In this document: one piece after another, positions 1 to 10,570 of the stretch
Position numbering within the stretch: the stretch's first letter is position 1
How the letters are laid out: each line of letters begins with the position of its first letter
The notes under the pieces: model-generated
Database searches by the model: none
What the model was told of the DNA's origin: nothing
The model's input: only the letters and a program-made list of their open reading frames with translations
Program-made: the position numbers and the translations under genes
Origin: Catajapyx aquilonaris
Taxonomy: Eukaryota
Assembly (NCBI GenBank): GCA_000934665.2
Contig: KZ538035.1
Coordinates: 124,001-149,736, forward strand
Direction of reading: 5' to 3'
DNA length: 25,736 nt

Positions 1-258
1 TGGTGTCCTTCGCAAATCATAAAATAAAAACCTGTATCAATCTGTTTTCCTATCTATTAGATAGAATGTAAAACACCTGACATGCTGAAAACTGCACTTC
101 AAGCGCTGTTTGACATGGTTCAGCACAATTTCAACTTCTGCACTTCATATGAATTTATAGTAGTTTGAACAGACGCAACAGTTCAACATGATTGAAGTTT
201 AGCTTGCAACACAATACAACTTGGCACCTGATGAATAAGAATGAACAATCCAACAAAC

Positions 259-440
259 CCTGGCAGGTGAATGCAAAGTGATAGTCCCTTTGGAGATGGT
301 GACAGTTGCAGCAACCTTGCTCTGGTTGCTCCCACTTCTTCTTATTTCACCTTGCTGCTGCTTCTTCCTTTGACGCTGCTTGTGCTCATACACAGAGTAG
401 TACATGCCACCCTCTTCATCTGAGTCACTATCTGTGTCCA
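259..440 (-). CDS. ATG2: ATG2 coding exon 17 (last one visible in the window)
   Basis: tttcag|DTDSDSDEEGGMYYSVYE...TLHSPAR|gtttgt. Confidence 0.88.
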
Positions 441-3400
441 CTGAAAAAAATTACAACAATAATAAACATTAATAATAACACAGACACGAAAAAAATTTAG
501 AAGTTATTTTCACCTCACTCCTTTAAAATCCCACTCCCTTTTTTGTGACTTTTAACATATGATACTACTAAGTAAAATCCTATGAATAACTCACTGATAT
601 GACCAATAAATATTAATTCAACCAAGGAATGAAATTTGTACATTGGGTTGTGAAGATGTTAGGATGTTACGTGGGATTGAGCCACTTCAAGGCCCTTGAC
701 ATCAATGAGATACTAATGCTAAAAATATCTGGGTAACAAATGCAGAAAGAAAATCCCACACAGGAGGCACTACTCATCACCATCACCACTCCACCACCCC
801 ACTGGAAAAAAGTAATATCTGCACATTGCAATAAGTTCATGCTTCTTTCTGGTGGTCTGGTGCAAAAGTCTTGATTTTCAAGCCCGTAAGACAATGTGCA
901 AGTGTTATATTTTTCAGTAGGATGACAGTATTGGTAGTGAGGGAAGGACAGCCACAATCAGAGGCATCATGAAGGTTGTTAGGTATGAATAGAGCCCTTC
1001 AAGGAATTCTTTCTCTGTAGAATGGCAGTTTCTCTTGGCAGTAGTCATACTCTAGAATAGCCAAGGGCATACGTCCTCTAGAAATATAAGCCACCTCAGT
1101 GAAAGACCATGAAGGCCCCCAATTTTAGAGTGAAAATTATGAATATTTATTCATAACTTTAAACTCTCACTGGTTTCTTCACAATCATTTAAAACAATCA
1201 TAGAAACACAGTGTTACAGCAATGGGCAAAAAACGCAAGTTCTTCGCGCAAGGTCTTCACGTAAGGTGTGCCTGGTGGTGAATAAAATTATATCCGTGAA
1301 TATTTTTTTTGCGAACATCTAAATATCCTAAGGAATAGGGCAAAAGCATATGCATAAGTTTATCTTGTTTTTATCCTTGCCTACAGGTGTGATGCTCTTC
1401 TAGCAGAAGTGGGATACTTAGGAAGGTGGGGTGTGAGGAGGAAGACTTAGGATAAGATTACATCCACTAATTGGAACCCCAGAGATTAGTCTCACGTCAG
1501 TGGGGTTTTACTGTATGTGTAGTCATTAGCTAGCTTACCACCCTGAATCCCAGATTTGCACATGGAGAAGGAACTTGGGTAGAGAGACTCTTGTAAAAAT
1601 CCTGCTGTGAGGTCAGGCTGTAGGGATGCATGATAGAGATCTCCACCACCCATCACCCCACCTCCTCCACAATGAAATCCCATGGGCTTGGGAGCTGCAG
1701 GTTCCCATAGGAAAAAGTCAGTGTTGATCCGGTTGTACAACACCTCATAAAAGTGCTTAGAAGGGAGCACTATGTGAGCAGTAGGCAGCGACAGTTCCAC
1801 TCTGTAACGGCATCTGCGGCAGGCCTGTTCCATGAATTCAGACATTTCTTGCTTGTCACCAGGTATTAACATCTCCTGAGCCATGCCTGTTTGACAAATT
1901 CAGAGACTTAGGAGGCAACTCAAACTAAATGGTTATAAAAACACTCCTTAAAGAAATCATGCTGGAAGTTTCATGGAAATATATTGCACTTTGGAATATG
2001 ATTTTGCAAAATGCTGATGAGAGTAACAACTTAGGTACTGTACACTTGGAGGCCAGATGTTCTCAATATTTTGTTACAAATATATGTGACTGATGACCAT
2101 AATGTGAGGAGAGCCACTTCTTCATTTCTACGGTATCTCAAGCATATGCATCCCTCCAGTGTAACTGCACCTGTACTTCACTTCTACACAAAATAATCCT
2201 ATGTACAACAGCTTGACTGCCTTTCCATCATTCTATAGGGGTTGTCAAAGTATGTCACACCCAGAAGAAATTAAATTCGGCAAACTCCTTCCACCATTAT
2301 CAGCCTTGCTAGCATCAAATCCACACAATCCATACTAGCACAACATACTTTATGAACAACCCAAAGATGTGCTGTTTCAAAGACACATTATACTAAAAAC
2401 TTAATAATGAGAAAATACATGTAATATTTTCATACCATTTCCCTTTGATGATTCATGTGAGGCACAACTCTCATGGATAACTCTCTTTGAACTGAATGGG
2501 GAGGGCTCCACCTGAATGGTGCTCATGAAGGTGTCAAAGCTAGGAGCCATGCTTTCTTCAGGTTCTGGTTCTGAGTCCTCAAGGTGTCCTGGTACTATTT
2601 CTGGGTGGATTTGGAGGACAAACCTACAAGAAGGCAATTCTGATCATTCAAAATAAATAGACATGATAATTAATTTTTAAAACTATGTGAAATTCCAGCA
2701 TGCACTGGAACATCCATGATTAGGTTCACCAACTTATTACAATAACTTGAAAATGTTCAAGTTCACTTAATATCATAAAATTTTCATTTGCTAATCCGAT
2801 AGTTTAAATGTAATAACAGAGAATGTCAATCTGTTGAAGCCTGACAGCAATGTGTTGATCAGGGAAGAATTATAAAGATTCAAAAAATTCAAAGATGGAT
2901 GTGGCCTGATAGCCCAGCGCTGTCCTCATGTAATGTTATTGTTGAAAAGGCTTATCTCACACTCAGAGAGGTGGTGTGAGTTTTTTTCTGGCATGAGCAA
3001 AAATAATGCACATGTGACAGCCAGGGGCTCCAGAAAAACACATATCTGTATCATTTTTTTATATTTTTTTTTGCAGGCATACCTGGGCCACCCAAACCCT
3101 TCAGAATTAGGCAGCTCCAGTCCAACCTCCTTCTCATCCACAGCTGAATGAAGGAAGGAAACCATCTGCTCCCCTCCCTCAGTGAAGTAACCCTGGACCT
3201 CTCTGCACCTCACTTCATATTGGTGGCTGAGTTCCCTCGAGTCAAAACAAGTCTCCAAGGTTGCATCTGAGAGTTTCAGGATCAGTATGTCACTTCTCAC
3301 AGATCGTTTCCACCAAGGTGGCCTATCCATGTCATGAATTGGACGCAGGTCAGGTACAGGAAACCTAGAGTATCAAAGAAACTTTACTGGCAAAAAGCTC

Positions 3401-6400
3401 ATATAAACATAATCCAGTGTAGATACACATCCACAAAAAGGATAAGCTGGGATGGTAAAACCAACCAACTTATAAACTACTTTACATTTCTTTGGTATGA
3501 CTTCTCTCTTACCTAAAGTTCAATGTTATGTGAGGTGTAAAAAGAGATAGATCTAATTTATGGTCCCCTTGAGATGCTTCCACAGCTTCACTGAAGCAAG
3601 CTTGTGGTGGCTGAAACACAAATGCATATCAAGTTTTATACCAATTTAATTACTTCCATTTCTCATTGGATCAAGTGCAGGATACTTACAACACCAAATG
3701 GCATATTCCTCTTTTCAGTGGCAGCAAGGGGTTGGGGATTTAGAAGATTTGTAATCCGGTCTACAATTGACAAATCCACCTCAGATTCACATGGCTGCAA
3801 TGTAATCCTGTGGGATACAAGAAATATACGTTACATTAACATATAAACCCAAAAGTATATTAGAGGCTGTACACATATTACGTCATCACATTTTTGACAT
3901 TTTTGACCCCCCCCCCCCCTCATCATACTTTGTCATCATTTGGCAAAAATTACTCTGAAAATTCTCTCTATTAGATAAAGGGAATGTCTAGCATGTGCAT
4001 ACATCTTGCTCAACCCATTTTACACTAACCTGACAACTGAAGTGGGCTGTCCTACCCTTCTGCTTGTTCCCTGCCCACAGACCTTCTCTGAATATCGAAT
4101 GTCCATCTTGAAGCATGGGTCCGAGAATCCTGATGTGGCCTCTTGATCCACTCCTCGGTGAAACTTGAGTAGCTCTACATATTCCATAGTGATTCGGTTG
4201 CTTGTTGGCTTCTTATCTACAATACACTCTAGCACTTCCATGCTTCCAGCCTTCAGGGTACCACTTATCATATTGCATGAAGAAGAATGCTTCTCATTTC
4301 CTTCAAATATAACTGGTGCACACAAAACTCTGAAATAGTCAAATCAAATATGTTATGAAGGTCATGAAGAAATGCAGACAGTACCTGCCTATCCACAGTC
4401 AAAAAAAGAAATGCAGGAAGGTGATACAGCAAATACGGTATATTAATTATTATCAGTTGTAAAAATGAAATAATTTGCCACCAAAGCACAATCTTGGGTC
4501 ATTGCAATGACCCAAGAATGTACTTTGGTGATCAGTGTCTTCCCTCCTCTACAGGATAATAAATTACTGAATTATTTGTCCACATTGGTATCAACAAACT
4601 AGGTATACCAATACAAAGGACGGCCAAGTAAATCCTTTCCTCAAAAAAACTGACATTTCCAAAATACACCTCCCATTACACAGCAGTGCACGAGATCCAC
4701 CACTTTTTCTTATTTTCCACTTGTAGTAGGCCTAATTACTCAAGAAGTGCACAGGTGCACCTTAATGCTACTTACCGAAGGTGACTGAGTTTGCATGCAT
4801 CAGAAATTTTGTCCCTGGCAGCTTCAAAGTCCTTGTTCCCATATCCAGAGATGGCAAAAAGTCCCAGAACACGGAAGAAGTCCTCTGCAGAAGAGCGCAT
4901 CTGGTTGATTGAAGAAGCAGCCAGACGCCCATCATTTCCCACTGAGGTTGTGAGGATGTCATCATGAAGGATCACCAATGCAAAGCTGCTCACTCGCACA
5001 CAAAAGTGTGTCACTTCGGAGCTCATGTCCTCAAATCCATACCTTGGCATTCTTTCTGCTCAATAAAAAATAACAATTTATTTACGAATTGAACAAACCA
5101 CAGTATATGGAACAAAGCTAATTGCTGCTTTTCTTTCCTGTACTTCTTCAAGCATACTTACATAAAAACACCAAGACATTTGACTCCAAATATAACAGAC
5201 TCAGCTATAACAGAACTCGGTTATAGCACACTGATTTTCATGGTTCCTTGAAGTCTGTTATATCTGGAGTCTACCCTTCTCTAAATGATCATTTACTATA
5301 GCACTGTTATGTATAGTGTGACTAAATTAATTAAACACTCAATCTCATCAGAACTTTAAGGGTTATGACAATTTAAAATGACACAGCTATAGAGTAAAAG
5401 CATTATGTTACTGACCCAATCAAACCTGTACAATGTGAAATGACATGATGTATACAAAATTTCTTGATATTAATAGGCAAATTTCTGCTAAGCAAAGTTT
5501 TCGCTGTAATATATTCGTATAACTAATGTCCCACTCCCACATCCTGTACATTCCATCAGGCCTAATCTCTGGAGTTAGCATTTCAAATTACCAAGACTAT
5601 TGATAACAAGCATTTAATGAACTCACCTCTTCCAGAACTCCGTCCTCCTCCAGAATACCTGCCAAGAAAACAAAACTTTGTTCAAACAATCTAGCCTGAC
5701 AACCCACCCAAGCCAAAGCAACAAACCTGCGTCCCCCAAAGTAATTCCCCTTGCTAAAATCAGACCTCACAGTACCACTGCTGGCAGTGGAGGAAAATGA
5801 AGCATCCATGTCTGTCACATCTGACATGACACTGCTACTGGCACCAGCTCCTCTACCTGACATGGGTAGAAACTCATCATCACTATCCTCTGCAAAGAAA
5901 GATAGAATGTAGCACAATATTTCTAAAGTTATCCCTTCTAATACCAGTTATATCACTTCCTAACCTAGTGAAGCTGAGGACCACCCTTGCTGAGGTTGAA
6001 GTCCCTGTGACAGGTTACTGAGAGATGGTTTCATCTGCTGCAAAAGTTCTTCTTCCACACGCCTAAAGTCAGATGCTTCCATTGGTTTTTCAGTTCTCTG
6101 TGCATGATTTCCTTCACTGCAGGAATATGATCCATAAATTAAAAATTAAACCCAGTGAATTTATATTCCTGTAAGACAACTTCCCTTGATCATTGATTCG
6201 TATTCCATCAAATCTACCACTTATTTATGAGACACATGCTCACCTAGGATTATGAGTATCTGGAAAGGCAAGACCCTTGGCCAGCTCCAGAAGGGTGTGG
6301 ACTTGTCTTGGGGACATGTAAGAGATGAATGAGCCAAAATTGCACTCCAAAGCCACCTTTGGTCCTGAGATGGCCTCATTCTGCTTCAGCCTTATCCTCA

Positions 6401-8092
6401 CTTCCTGCCTCCCAGCAAGCTTCACCATCAGAATTGGCTCAGGTGTGGTTGCGGTAGCTTTGTCTGAGGCTACGGAGTGATGCCCCACATCACAGAGTAA
6501 CCCTCCAGGTGCAGATGGAGATGCAGGCACATATGTTGTCTCTCCGTATACCTGTAATATTATTTTGTTAAAAATGTGAAAATATATTACTGCATAAGAA
6601 TACACTGCACTGCTGATTATCCAGGTGGAGGTCATCTGCACATCACAAAAATAAACTTTTGAAATAAAAGTCTGACAGGATGGCAGTGTCTCACAAAGAA
6701 ATATTAGACTTTTTACAGAAGACAAATCCATGGGAAGTTTGAATATTTTAATAAATCTTATTTAAAGCAGTATACAGTAGGCACAGTTCTTCATTAAAAA
6801 CTTGTCATAGCTCATTTTTTTATAGCATCTAGGACCATTTTCGAATCGTCTGTGTTTTCCAACTTTCAAAGCTTACCCATGCATTCATTAGCACAGATTA
6901 ATCAGGAGTGTAGTGAAATTAACATTTGAAATATTGTAACACATGCCATTCCAATGTAGTAAGACATTTCATGACAGCTGTACCATTCATAATATACCTT
7001 GGGTTCAGGCGAAGAACTAGAAGTGGACACAGTGGACTTTGCTGCATATCGAGCCTTGGCAGGAAATTCATCTGAATAAAGGGATGTGCCTTCAAAGTAG
7101 AACTTTTTGGTGGAAAAAGCAGCTGGTTCATACACCTTTTGTTCCTTGTCGCCTGCCCCGGGAGACAACAACCCAGCCTCGTCCGAGTACTGAATCCTGG
7201 TTAGAAAGCAAAAATTGTCACACAGACCTTCAGCATCATTCAGAAATAAATGCTTACTTTTTAATTCTAATTTCAAGTGCTACTCCCGTGCTGCTGTTCC
7301 TTGGGCAGTGTTCAATTTGTACCACAGTGTCCAAAAACTGCACTTTAACCATGGAAAGCACTAAAATAAATAAATGTACACATGAGACACATGTAAGAAT
7401 CAGGAACCTTAGCTCTACAAAATAAAACATTGGCTTACCTGAATCAATGGCCAAGGCAAACTTCTCCAAACCTTCAAATGGTTGTGACTTCTCTGCTTCC
7501 TTTTCATCCTCAGTCCCACCCTGCTTGAAGCATTCTTCAGCAAGCTGCATGCTAGTAGTCATGCTGCTCCACATGGACTCAAACATGGATGCCCCTGGAA
7601 AGTATATTAAGTTGCTTTACACTGAAGAAAAGGGTGTGAAATGGAATATAAATGCTGGTAGGGGAAAAGTGCAAACCCACCATCATTATCCCTCTTACGT
7701 GGCTGTACACTTAGGGTCAGTCCCTTCACTTCCACAAAGCATCCTTCACTAAAGAGTGATCCCCATGGTATGGAAATTGATACCTGTGAAATGTACCCTT
7801 CCACAAACTCAATGGGAAGGTTCTGCTGTTTACCCAGCAGGTTGAGAGCCTAATACAAAAGATAAGCGTCGATGAGCAGGCCAAAAATCTTTTACTCTCC
7901 TCACAATTATGAGAGTAGAGTACACTTCACCTCAACATCAAGAAAGACATCAGTAACTGTGCCAGTTCCCCGAATAAGATCCACAGTCAGCTGGTCCAGA
8001 CGAAGTTTTTCTTCCAGAAACCTTCCCAAGTATCGCTGAAGCAGGTAGCGACATATTTTGTTCTTGAAGTTGTCCAAGTTGTACCACGGCAT
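259..8092 (-). CDS. ATG2: Autophagy-related protein 2 (lipid-transfer protein), 5' portion; 17 coding exons, about 1080 aa, continues beyond position 1
   Basis: Join (minus): 7931-8092, 7681-7849, 7439-7594, 7258-7360, 6998-7196, 6244-6551, 5965-6116, 5727-5889, 5627-5658, 4776-5055, 4030-4329, 3690-3807, 3513-3610, 3083-3364, 2436-2623, 1539-1886, 259-440 = 3240 nt, in frame, all GT-AG. The chorein-N start MPW...KICRYLLQRYLGRFLEEKLRLDQLTVDL and the motifs RFPVPDLR, PSPFSSKR, EMLIPGDKQEM and LPSKHFYEVLYNRINTD...WEP are typical of metazoan ATG2. Confidence 0.96.
1539..1886 (-). CDS. ATG2: ATG2 coding exon 16
   Basis: aaacag|MAQEMLIPGDKQEM...LPSKHFYEVLYNRINTD...FSMCKSGIQG|gtaagc. Confidence 0.94.
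2436..2623 (-). CDS. ATG2: ATG2 coding exon 15
   Basis: ttgtag|FVLQIHPE...EPSPFSSKRVIHES...KGN|gtatga. Confidence 0.92.
3083..3364 (-). CDS. ATG2: ATG2 coding exon 14
   Basis: ctctag|FPVPDLRPIHDMDRPPWWKRSVRSDIL...EGFGWP|gtatgc. Confidence 0.94.
3513..3610 (-). CDS. ATG2: ATG2 coding exon 13 (missed by the ORF track)
   Basis: tttcag|PPQACFSEAVE...TPHITLNF|gtaaga. Confidence 0.9.
3690..3807 (-). CDS. ATG2: ATG2 coding exon 12 (missed by the ORF track)
   Basis: ccacag|ITLQPCESEVDLSIVDRITNLLNPQP...PFGV|gtaagt. Confidence 0.92.
4030..4329 (-). CDS. ATG2: ATG2 coding exon 11
   Basis: tttcag|VLCAPVIFEG...EVLECI...EYVELLKF...TSVV|gttagt. Confidence 0.9.
4776..5055 (-). CDS. ATG2: ATG2 coding exon 10
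   Basis: GAGCAG tandem acceptor (start at 5058 or 5055); RMPRYGFEDM...LVILHDDIL...CKLSHL|gtaagt. Confidence 0.9.
5182..5271. mobile_element. Small degenerate pogo/Tigger-like MITE remnant
   Basis: 19-bp inverted repeat gactccaaatataacagac / gtctgttatatctggagtc (1 mismatch) with internal repeats of tataac; the outermost termini and TA TSD are eroded. Confidence 0.55.
5627..5658 (-). CDS. ATG2: ATG2 coding exon 9 (32-nt micro-exon)
   Basis: ttttcttggcag|GTATTCTGG...GGAAGAG|gtgagt; reads (R)YSGGGRSSGR and is needed to convert phase 2 to phase 1. Confidence 0.75.
5727..5889 (-). CDS. ATG2: ATG2 coding exon 8
   Basis: ttgcag|EDSDDEFLPMSG...NYFGGR|gtttgt. Confidence 0.85.
5965..6116 (-). CDS. 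ATG2: ATG2 coding exon 7 (missed by the ORF track)
   Basis: ctgcag|EGNHAQRTEKPMEASDFRRVEEELLQQM...QGWSSASL|gttagg; phases fit both neighbours. Confidence 0.9.
6244..6551 (-). CDS. ATG2: ATG2 coding exon 6
   Basis: ttacag|VYGETTY...LAGRQEVRIRLKQNEAISGPKV...SPRQVHTLLEL...NP|gtgagc. Confidence 0.92.
6998..7196 (-). CDS. ATG2: ATG2 coding exon 5
   Basis: aaccag|IQYSDEAG...SSSPEPK|gtatat. Confidence 0.9.
7258..7360 (-). CDS. ATG2: ATG2 coding exon 4
   Basis: ttttag|VLSMVKVQFLDTVVQIEH...GVALEIRIK|gtaagc. Confidence 0.93.
7439..7594 (-). CDS. ATG2: ATG2 coding exon 3
   Basis: ttccag|ASMFESMWSSMTTSMQLAEEC...FEGLEKFALAIDS|gtaagc. Confidence 0.93.
7681..7849 (-). CDS. ATG2: ATG2 coding exon 2
   Basis: tattag|ALNLLGKQQNLPIEFVEGYISQVSISIPWGSL...DNDG|gtgggt; phase 0 to 1. 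Confidence 0.92.
7931..8092 (-). CDS. ATG2: ATG2 coding exon 1 (chorein-N domain)
   Basis: ATG at 8092; MPWYNLDNFKNKICRYLLQRYLG...FLDVE|gtgaag; an acceptor (aaacag|G) at 8114 implies a non-coding upstream exon. Confidence 0.95.
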
Positions 8093-8408
8093 CTTGCAGA
8101 CTTTAGCTTTTCACCTGTTTTCAAGTAAAAATGCATTTAATATTTCAAAATGAATTTGATCATTACCAATATGGCAATGGAATTACATTAGCACTTGGAA
8201 GTCCAAGGGACCAATCACAATACTGAAACTTATGATTAGAGTTTGGTAAGTTTGTAAAAAAGATCATCAACAGAGAACTGCACATGGACCCGCAAGGATT
8301 GCAATATTGTCACTTGACACAAAACACTATTCGAATAGCTAAAGGCTCAATGGACAACACACACTTTGAACTAAGCATATTGACACCACTTCCATGTGTG
8401 CGTGCAGC

Positions 8409-8901
8409 CAGTGCCGGATTTACCCCCTCGACCACCCCTACGCAGTTGAGATCCCCCCTCCCCTCCTCATCCCCCCAATGCCATTTAAAAACTAAATATT
8501 TTTTTGGTCGAGTTCTCTCCTTCATTTTATTTTAGACAAATATTTATATTTCAAGTCTTTCAACTTATGGCTGCCCCGGAGAGCGACCTCCCTCAGGCTT
8601 CTCTGCCTAGTGGCAAATCCGGCGCTGGGAACCCCCCCTGACAAAATGTTAGAAATTTCAAAATTATTTCGCCTTTACTTCCTATTATTATTGTAGCCAA
8701 TTTGAACAAATATTTATTGCAACTTGCGACCGCCCCTAGGCAATTCCCTACTCTGCCCAATGGTAAATCCGGCTCTGCTTTCAGTCATGTAACTATTATT
8801 AATTTTTCGTTTACTTTTTTTTGTATGCCTAAATTTGCCGCCACTTGAAATCTGCCGCCCTAGGCAACTGCCTAGGTTGCCTTGCTGTAAATCTGGCGCT
8901 A
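8409..8901. mobile_element. hAT-like MITE with three stacked right ends
   Basis: Left end CAGTGCCGGATTTA; right ends AAATCCGGCGCTG (to 8627), TAAATCCGGCTCTG (to 8777) and TAAATCTGGCGCTA (to 8901); degenerate 8-bp TSD cgtgcagc/cgtgtaac; recurring internal cgcccctaggca-like motif. Confidence 0.6.
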
Positions 8902-9721
8902 CGTGTAACTGCAAAATCTGAGTTGCAGGTGGTGTTTTCGGACAAATTCTCTCTGTGGCCCCTCTGTTGCAGCGCATGAATATAACCTGTACTGTACTGT
9001 ACTGGGGCCTGCATTATTCTGCATAGAAAGTGTGCGCAGCTCGTGCAATGCAAGGGCAGTCCACGCTGTGTTGTTGCATCCTCCCTCACCCTCCCCCTGG
9101 TCCTAAATCAACTCCTCCACCCTGCGCTGCCATTGCAGCACACTCTACCCACGTGTTGTTTACTTCCCACTTTGGCCCGCACAAGTCTGAATCCAGCATG
9201 CCCACCCACTCAGGCCTCTTCTCCCCACAAAAACACAACAAACAACCTCCAGCTGGTCCCTTACTTGTATACCTTCCACCTTTTCCACCTTGGGGCAGCT
9301 GCCTGAGTCAGCTGCTGGCTGTGGTGCTGGTGTAGATGTCAGAAGGGCATGCCTGGTGCTGCACCGCCCTCCCTCTGCCCTCGCCGTCCCTCCACCACCA
9401 GCAGGCCCCCAGCTGTCTGCCCCTCCCTCCGATGCTGCCCCTCTTCCTGATCACCCCTGGCAGCATCCACGATGGGTCTCCGTCCCGGACCATGCAGCGA
9501 GGGAGGAGATGATGCACACCCTCCTCTCCTATCGTGTCTCCTATTGTCTCTCTGGTCTCACTCAGCCAGCCAGTCCTCCTCTCCTTGTGAGCACAACAAA
9601 GGGACCTGGCAGGTCCCACCCCTCCCACAGTGAGTCTATCTACGCATCGTCACGATGACCTCAACCCCACGGCAAGGGGAGGGGAGTGGGAGGAAGGGGA
9701 AAAAAAAGGGTGTACACTAAC

Positions 9722-10000
9722 CTTGCACTAAACCAGCCAGCCAACCAACAGCTGTTATTTGTTTTGCTCCTTCTTCTCTGTCGTCCCGACAGAGGGAGGG
9801 GAGTCAGAGCGAGATGGAGGGTGGCGGAGGGCAAGAAGAAGAGGCGCAAACTCTGCACCGAGTGCACCCGCACGCCATCTACTGGCACAACATGTGGCGA
9901 AATCTGCAGTTGACATGGGAAATGTGACGATTTTGGACAGGACGTGGATTGGTTGGGAGTTCACTCGCATCCTATGAAGTCGTGTTTCATCACATGTGTC
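9722..10000 (-). promoter_or_regulatory. Probable ATG2 promoter and non-coding first exon
   Basis: GC/CpG-rich island with CCAAT (9948-9952, minus), AGATGGCG (9873-9880, minus) and a donor AAG|GTTAGT at 9722/9721 that could join the acceptor at 8114. Confidence 0.45.
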
Positions 10001-10468
10001 GGCTGCCACATATATGGTGCCAAAAGTTGGCCTTGGGAGAGGAGGATGTGCGCTCAATATAATATGTCGCAGCAAGAATTTCCCATTAGAAATGCCAGAT
10101 TAGGCAAATATGATAGCCAGGATTCAGATAACAGAAGGAAAATATTATCGTGCACACACCCTGTTGGTAGGTTGATGTTGCAAGGAAGGCCCTACCTACT
10201 ACGCAGGATGCAACCAGAAAAAGAATTCCAATCTCATAAATCATGGCACGTCACAATGTTCAGCATTGACAAATACTATCCTGAATACCATATTTTGAAA
10301 CATGCAGCTGAAAATCAAACAGACAATAACAAGGCAAATTGCATAATAGTTTCTTTTTTTTTCTTTTTGCTTATACACACACAAATAGCATACACGATTA
10401 ACAAGTCACTGGAATGTCAACATTATTGAGGGGATTACTTCTCCCAGACTTTGGCATACACGGCTGGT

Positions 10469-10570
10469 TTACTCCAGTGAATTCAGCATTAGTAACTGCT
10501 TGAGTACTTTAGTCTGGCTCGTCTCTCGGATCTCGCCAGCAAGAAACATCTCGTCGACAACGGTGTACAC
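10469..10570 (-). CDS. AP2S1: AP2S1 coding exon 4
   Basis: ttgcag|[36 protein letters not shown]. Confidence 0.97.
   Translation of the reverse strand: MYTVVDEMFLAGEIRETSQTKVLKQLLMLNSLE

Noticed and set aside
3861..3945. Fragment resembling a MITE end (similar pieces near 17630-17714, 18053-18110 and 22060-22153)
   Set aside because: No partner TIR or TSD is visible, so boundaries and family cannot be supported.
9030..9913. Cluster of 70-120 aa ORFs on both strands
   Set aside because: This is low-complexity GC-rich promoter/first-intron sequence with few stop codons; there is no recognisable domain or splice-consistent model.
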